Origin: Actinomycetota bacterium
Lineage (GTDB): Bacteria > Actinomycetota > Coriobacteriia > Anaerosomatales > UBA3086
DNA: 41,307 nucleotides
Direction: 5' to 3'
Assembly (NCBI GenBank): GCA_027859125.1
Contig: JAQIBK010000043.1
Location: forward strand, 1-41,307
Made by a program: the position numbers and the translations under genes. Positions within the stretch are counted from its first letter, which is position 1. Every line of letters starts with the position of its first letter. Of the stretch, positions 38,701-41,307 are shown piece after piece. Below the pieces are notes generated by a model, which saw nothing but the letters and a program-made list of their open reading frames with translations, was not told the DNA's origin and made no database searches.

Positions 38701-38853
38701 CACCAAATCGGTACTCCGTGGCACTGGGGCTACACCGGCTCATGCTCAATCGGTGGAATCGCGAACGACCTCACTCCTAATGTTGGCGACGCCAACACGA
38801 TGATTCCGGAGTACAAGGCGTTCTTGGTCGACATCCGGAAGGAGGAGGTGTAG
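35725..38853 (+). CDS. fdnG: selenocysteine-containing formate dehydrogenase alpha subunit (FdnG/FdhA type, Tat-exported), 1042 aa
   Basis: Joins track ORFs 35725..36327 and 36376..38853 through the in-frame TGA at 36325-36327, giving HQARI-U-HSSTVAGLGNTFGRGAMTNHW. Tat motif TRRGFFK, CCYCSVGC..C [4Fe-4S] motif, ALRGESNVQG, GPFPEHYEP. Confidence 0.95.
36325..36358 (+). other. Sec codon (UGA) and bacterial SECIS element
   Basis: UGA, an 11-nt spacer, then stem UGUUGCC/GGCAACA with loop GGUCUU; same geometry as the E. coli fdhF SECIS. Confidence 0.9.
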
Positions 38854-38856
38854 ACA

Positions 38857-39663
38857 ATGGCTGAGATGGCTATCTTCTACGACGCCTCCAAGTGCACCGC
38901 GTGCAAAGGGTGCCAAGTGGCGTGCAAGCAGTGGAAACAACTGCCCTCGCCGCTGACGGCCGACGAGTTCGAATTCACCAAGAGCTACCAGAGTCCGCTA
39001 GAAGTCAGCCCTAACACATGGATCATCATGACCTTCGATGAGGTAGACCAGGAAATCGGCGTCGAGTGGAACTTCATGCGTCGCGCATGCTTCCACTGTT
39101 CGGACGCAGCCTGCGAGCAGGCGTGCCCGGTGGGTGCGATCTCAAAGAAGGACAATGGCGCAGTGGTCATCGATCAGGAGAAGTGCATCGGGTGCCAGTA
39201 CTGCACCAATGCCTGCCCCTTCGATATCCCCAAGTGGGAAGAGGCCGACAACAAGACGTTCAAGTGCTGGCTATGCCAGGACCGTCTTGCCAACGCCCGC
39301 CTTCCGGGTTGCGTCACGACGTGCCCCACGGGCGCCCTCACGTTCGGAGAGCGCACCGAGATGGTCGCAGCGGCCAAGACGGCACTCGACGATGTCAAAG
39401 CCAGAGGCTTTGACAAGGCTGAGCTCTACGGCGTCGACGAGCTCGAGGGCATGCACGTTCTCTTCCTCGCACATCGTGGTCTTGAGGCCCATGGCCTCGT
39501 TCGTGACCCGAAGGTGCCGGATATGATCGAGTTCTGGCAGCTCCTCAAGCCGCTCGGTGGCGTAGCATTCGCCGCCGCTGTCGGCGGTCTGGGTCTGTCA
39601 TACCTGTCAGGCATCGGCTACAAACGTGAAGAGCCGGATGAGCCCGAGGAGGTGGAGAAGTAG
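38857..39663 (+). CDS. fdnH: formate dehydrogenase iron-sulfur (beta) subunit
   Basis: Four Cys clusters (CTACKGCQVAC, CFHCSDAACEQACP, CIGCQYCTNACP, CWLC..CVTTCP) and a C-terminal TM helix; SD GGAGGT. Confidence 0.92.
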   Translation: MAEMAIFYDASKCTACKGCQVACKQWKQLPSPLTADEFEFTKSYQSPLEVSPNTWIIMTFDEVDQEIGVEWNFMRRACFHCSDAACEQACPVGAISKKDNGAVVIDQEKCIGCQYCTNACPFDIPKWEEADNKTFKCWLCQDRLANARLPGCVTTCPTGALTFGERTEMVAAAKTALDDVKARGFDKAELYGVDELEGMHVLFLAHRGLEAHGLVRDPKVPDMIEFWQLLKPLGGVAFAAAVGGLGLSYLSGIGYKREEPDEPEEVEK

Positions 39664-40350
39664 ATGCGATACATACAGAGACAAAGCAAGCACGCGCGGA
39701 CCGTTCACTGGTTCCATACGATCGCATGCCTAAGCCTCTTCATCACGGGACTCTTCCTGTACGTGCCGGCCTTCGCCGGTGGGCTCGATGTTGGCGTGCT
39801 GCAAGCTGGTCGCCTCATTCACCGCATCGCAGCGGTGATCTTCATAGGTGTTCCGCTGATCGGCACCCTCGTCAATCCCAAGGCAGTGGCGCATAAGTTC
39901 AAGGAGTACTTCCAGGCGTGGACACCAGAGGACAAGGAATTCATGAAGAAGTTCCTTCCCTACATGTTCGCACCCAAGAAGGTTCACATGCCCAAGCAGG
40001 ATCGCTACAAGTCTGGACAGAAGGTCGCCGATCTCGCGGCGATCGTCTTCTCCATGCTGATCGCGATCAGTGGAGCGTTCATGTGGATCGGCGTGTCACC
40101 AACCTTGAACGTGGAGTTCTCAGCCAGCCTCATGCGATTCATGTACTTCATGCATGACGGCTCGATGATTGCTCTTGGAGTCCTGCTACTTGCACATATC
40201 TTCGTGGGCGCAGGCATCTTCCAGCCATATCGCGGAACGCTCCGTCTGATGTTCGGAGATGGCAAGATTTCCGAAGAAGAGGCCAGGTTCCACTGGGGCT
40301 TCTGGGCCGAGGATGAGCTCAAGAGTGGGAAGAACGTGACCGAGGAGTAA
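39664..40350 (+). CDS. fdnI: formate dehydrogenase cytochrome b (gamma) subunit
   Basis: Four TMs with heme-ligand His residues (VHW, IHR, MHD, AHI) and YKSGQK motif. Confidence 0.9.
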   Translation: MRYIQRQSKHARTVHWFHTIACLSLFITGLFLYVPAFAGGLDVGVLQAGRLIHRIAAVIFIGVPLIGTLVNPKAVAHKFKEYFQAWTPEDKEFMKKFLPYMFAPKKVHMPKQDRYKSGQKVADLAAIVFSMLIAISGAFMWIGVSPTLNVEFSASLMRFMYFMHDGSMIALGVLLLAHIFVGAGIFQPYRGTLRLMFGDGKISEEEARFHWGFWAEDELKSGKNVTEE

Positions 40351-40383
40351 GCTCCAGGAGCTTTTGGAGCCCAATCTGCACGA

Positions 40384-40420
40384 CGAAGGCCGGGTCATCT
40401 GACCCGGCCTTCGGCTTTTG
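40384..40420 (+). terminator. Rho-independent terminator of the fdh operon
   Basis: 13-bp perfect stem CGAAGGCCGGGTC-ATCT-GACCCGGCCTTCG followed by GCTTTTG. Confidence 0.8.
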
Positions 40421-40445
40421 TGTGATAGAGCGCGAACTGTGCTCT

Positions 40446-40925
40446 CTACTCGGTGGTCGGTGCATCGGCGGGATTGGAATCGATATTCGTGCCCTCACCG
40501 TCGATCGTCTCCCGGGGTGTAGCTTGCGCATCTCCTGCCACGTCCGCGATACCGCGCTCAATGAACGTGACCATGTTCTCCTTCGTCGTCGCGCCGGTCA
40601 CCCGATCCAGCTCGACACCATCAGCGTCGAGAAGAACAAACGTGGGAGTCAGGAATACGCCGAACTCTTCGACCTTGGCCTTGCCCTCATCTGTCGTGAT
40701 GTTCACGATCTCAAAAGAGTCGATCTTGGGCGTGTACTCATCCTGAAGCTCCGCGACTATTGGCTCCATCTCTTGACAGAAAGGACACTCGGGATCATAG
40801 AACTGAATGAACTGCAGCGCGGCCTTCTCTGTGGGCACATCATCGGCAGCGCAGCCCGTCATAACGGGCCCGACTGTCGTGATCAGCGCCAACACTGTCA
40901 CCAGAAGCGATACTCTCTTGAACAC
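40446..40925 (-). CDS. thioredoxin-family lipoprotein (CPFC)
   Basis: GTG after SD AAGGAGG; signal peptide ending VMTGC; FYDPECPFC; cis-Pro motif TPTF. Confidence 0.85.
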   Translation of the reverse strand: MFKRVSLLVTVLALITTVGPVMTGCAADDVPTEKAALQFIQFYDPECPFCQEMEPIVAELQDEYTPKIDSFEIVNITTDEGKAKVEEFGVFLTPTFVLLDADGVELDRVTGATTKENMVTFIERGIADVAGDAQATPRETIDGEGTNIDSNPADAPTTE

Positions 40926-40970
40926 GTCTCCTCCTTTGCGTCGAGCCACCTTGGGTCCGACGGCGTATCC

Positions 40971-40993
40971 GCGCAAGCCGATGCGGCTCGCGC
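40971..40993 (-). other. intergenic hairpin between the peroxiredoxin and thioredoxin genes
   Basis: Minus-strand GCGCGAGCCG-CAU-CGGCUUGCGC, 10-bp stem, no U-tract. Confidence 0.4.
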
Positions 40994-41006
40994 TGTTCTT
41001 TGGGCG

Positions 41007-41307
41007 CTACTTCGCTGCACTCAACTCCTCGACTGCGGCGAGCATCTCATCGATGTCTCGGGCTTCATTGAGTGTGGAATGCTGGACGAAGCGCACAACG
41101 CCCTCCGTGTCGATCAGGTAGCTCCACCTGTTGGCGACCATCTGTCGCTCGTTGTAGGCACCGAACTCAGGGGTGACGTCACGGCCCCAGTCCGCCAGCA
41201 GATCGAACGGGAGCTCGAGCTGCTTGCGGAACTCTCCCGCTGAGGCATATGAATCAAGGCTTATACCGAAGACCTCGGTATTCATCTCCTGCAACCGGTC
41301 GTAGTTG
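41007..41307 (-). CDS. peroxiredoxin / AhpC-TSA family protein (5' end outside the window)
   Basis: NYDRLQEMNTEVFGISLDS...FDLLADW...FGAY...ANRWSYLIDTEGVVRF; frame stays open to the window edge. Confidence 0.85.
   Translation of the reverse strand, partial: NYDRLQEMNTEVFGISLDSYASAGEFRKQLELPFDLLADWGRDVTPEFGAYNERQMVANRWSYLIDTEGVVRFVQHSTLNEARDIDEMLAAVEELSAAK

Noticed and set aside
38851-39666. fdnG, fdnH and fdnI all in one frame separated by TAG codons (pyrrolysine readthrough?)
   Set aside because: Each downstream gene has its own SD-like sequence and ATG and a normal subunit length; no pyl genes are visible.
1-41307. Mobile elements, CRISPR arrays, tRNA/rRNA, defence systems
   Set aside because: No transposase or integrase motifs, spaced repeats or structural RNA signatures were seen by eye; the window is densely filled with housekeeping and metabolic genes.

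Overview
GC-rich bacterial chromosome segment. Gene content suggests an anaerobic Actinobacterium, probably Coriobacteriia (inference, no search run). No mobile elements, CRISPR arrays, rRNAs or tRNAs were seen. Left to right: ftsH (partial)-hpt-tilS, preceded by a yehZYXW-type osmoprotectant ABC transporter; a small glycosylation cluster (GT2, flippase-like protein, GT4, UDP-glucose dehydrogenase); a futalosine-pathway menaquinone operon (mqnE-mqnA-mqnC, then an atypical MTAP-fold enzyme and an aminofutalosine-deaminase-like amidohydrolase, with no mqnB); livKHMGF; cysK coupled to a CymR-like Rrf2 regulator; nfeD-SPFH; an 11-gene tungstate-uptake and pterin-cofactor operon (tupABC, mobA-fdhD fusion, moeA, a 70-aa Cys protein, mobB, moaA, moaC, MOSC, mog) led by a Moco/Tuco-type RNA motif; a divergent Tat-exported selenocysteine formate dehydrogenase (FdnGHI type, UGA plus SECIS); a thioredoxin lipoprotein; and a partial peroxiredoxin. 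Best candidates for new biology: (1) an MTAP-fold protein that has lost phosphate-binding residues and carries 6-oxopurine-type residues, possibly a non-orthologous futalosine hydrolase replacing MqnB; (2) a cofactor operon lacking moaD/moaE/moeB, with a MOSC gene at the missing step plus an uncharacterised small Cys protein; (3) a P3-less (tungsten-type) Moco RNA over that operon; (4) a MobA-FdhD fusion.
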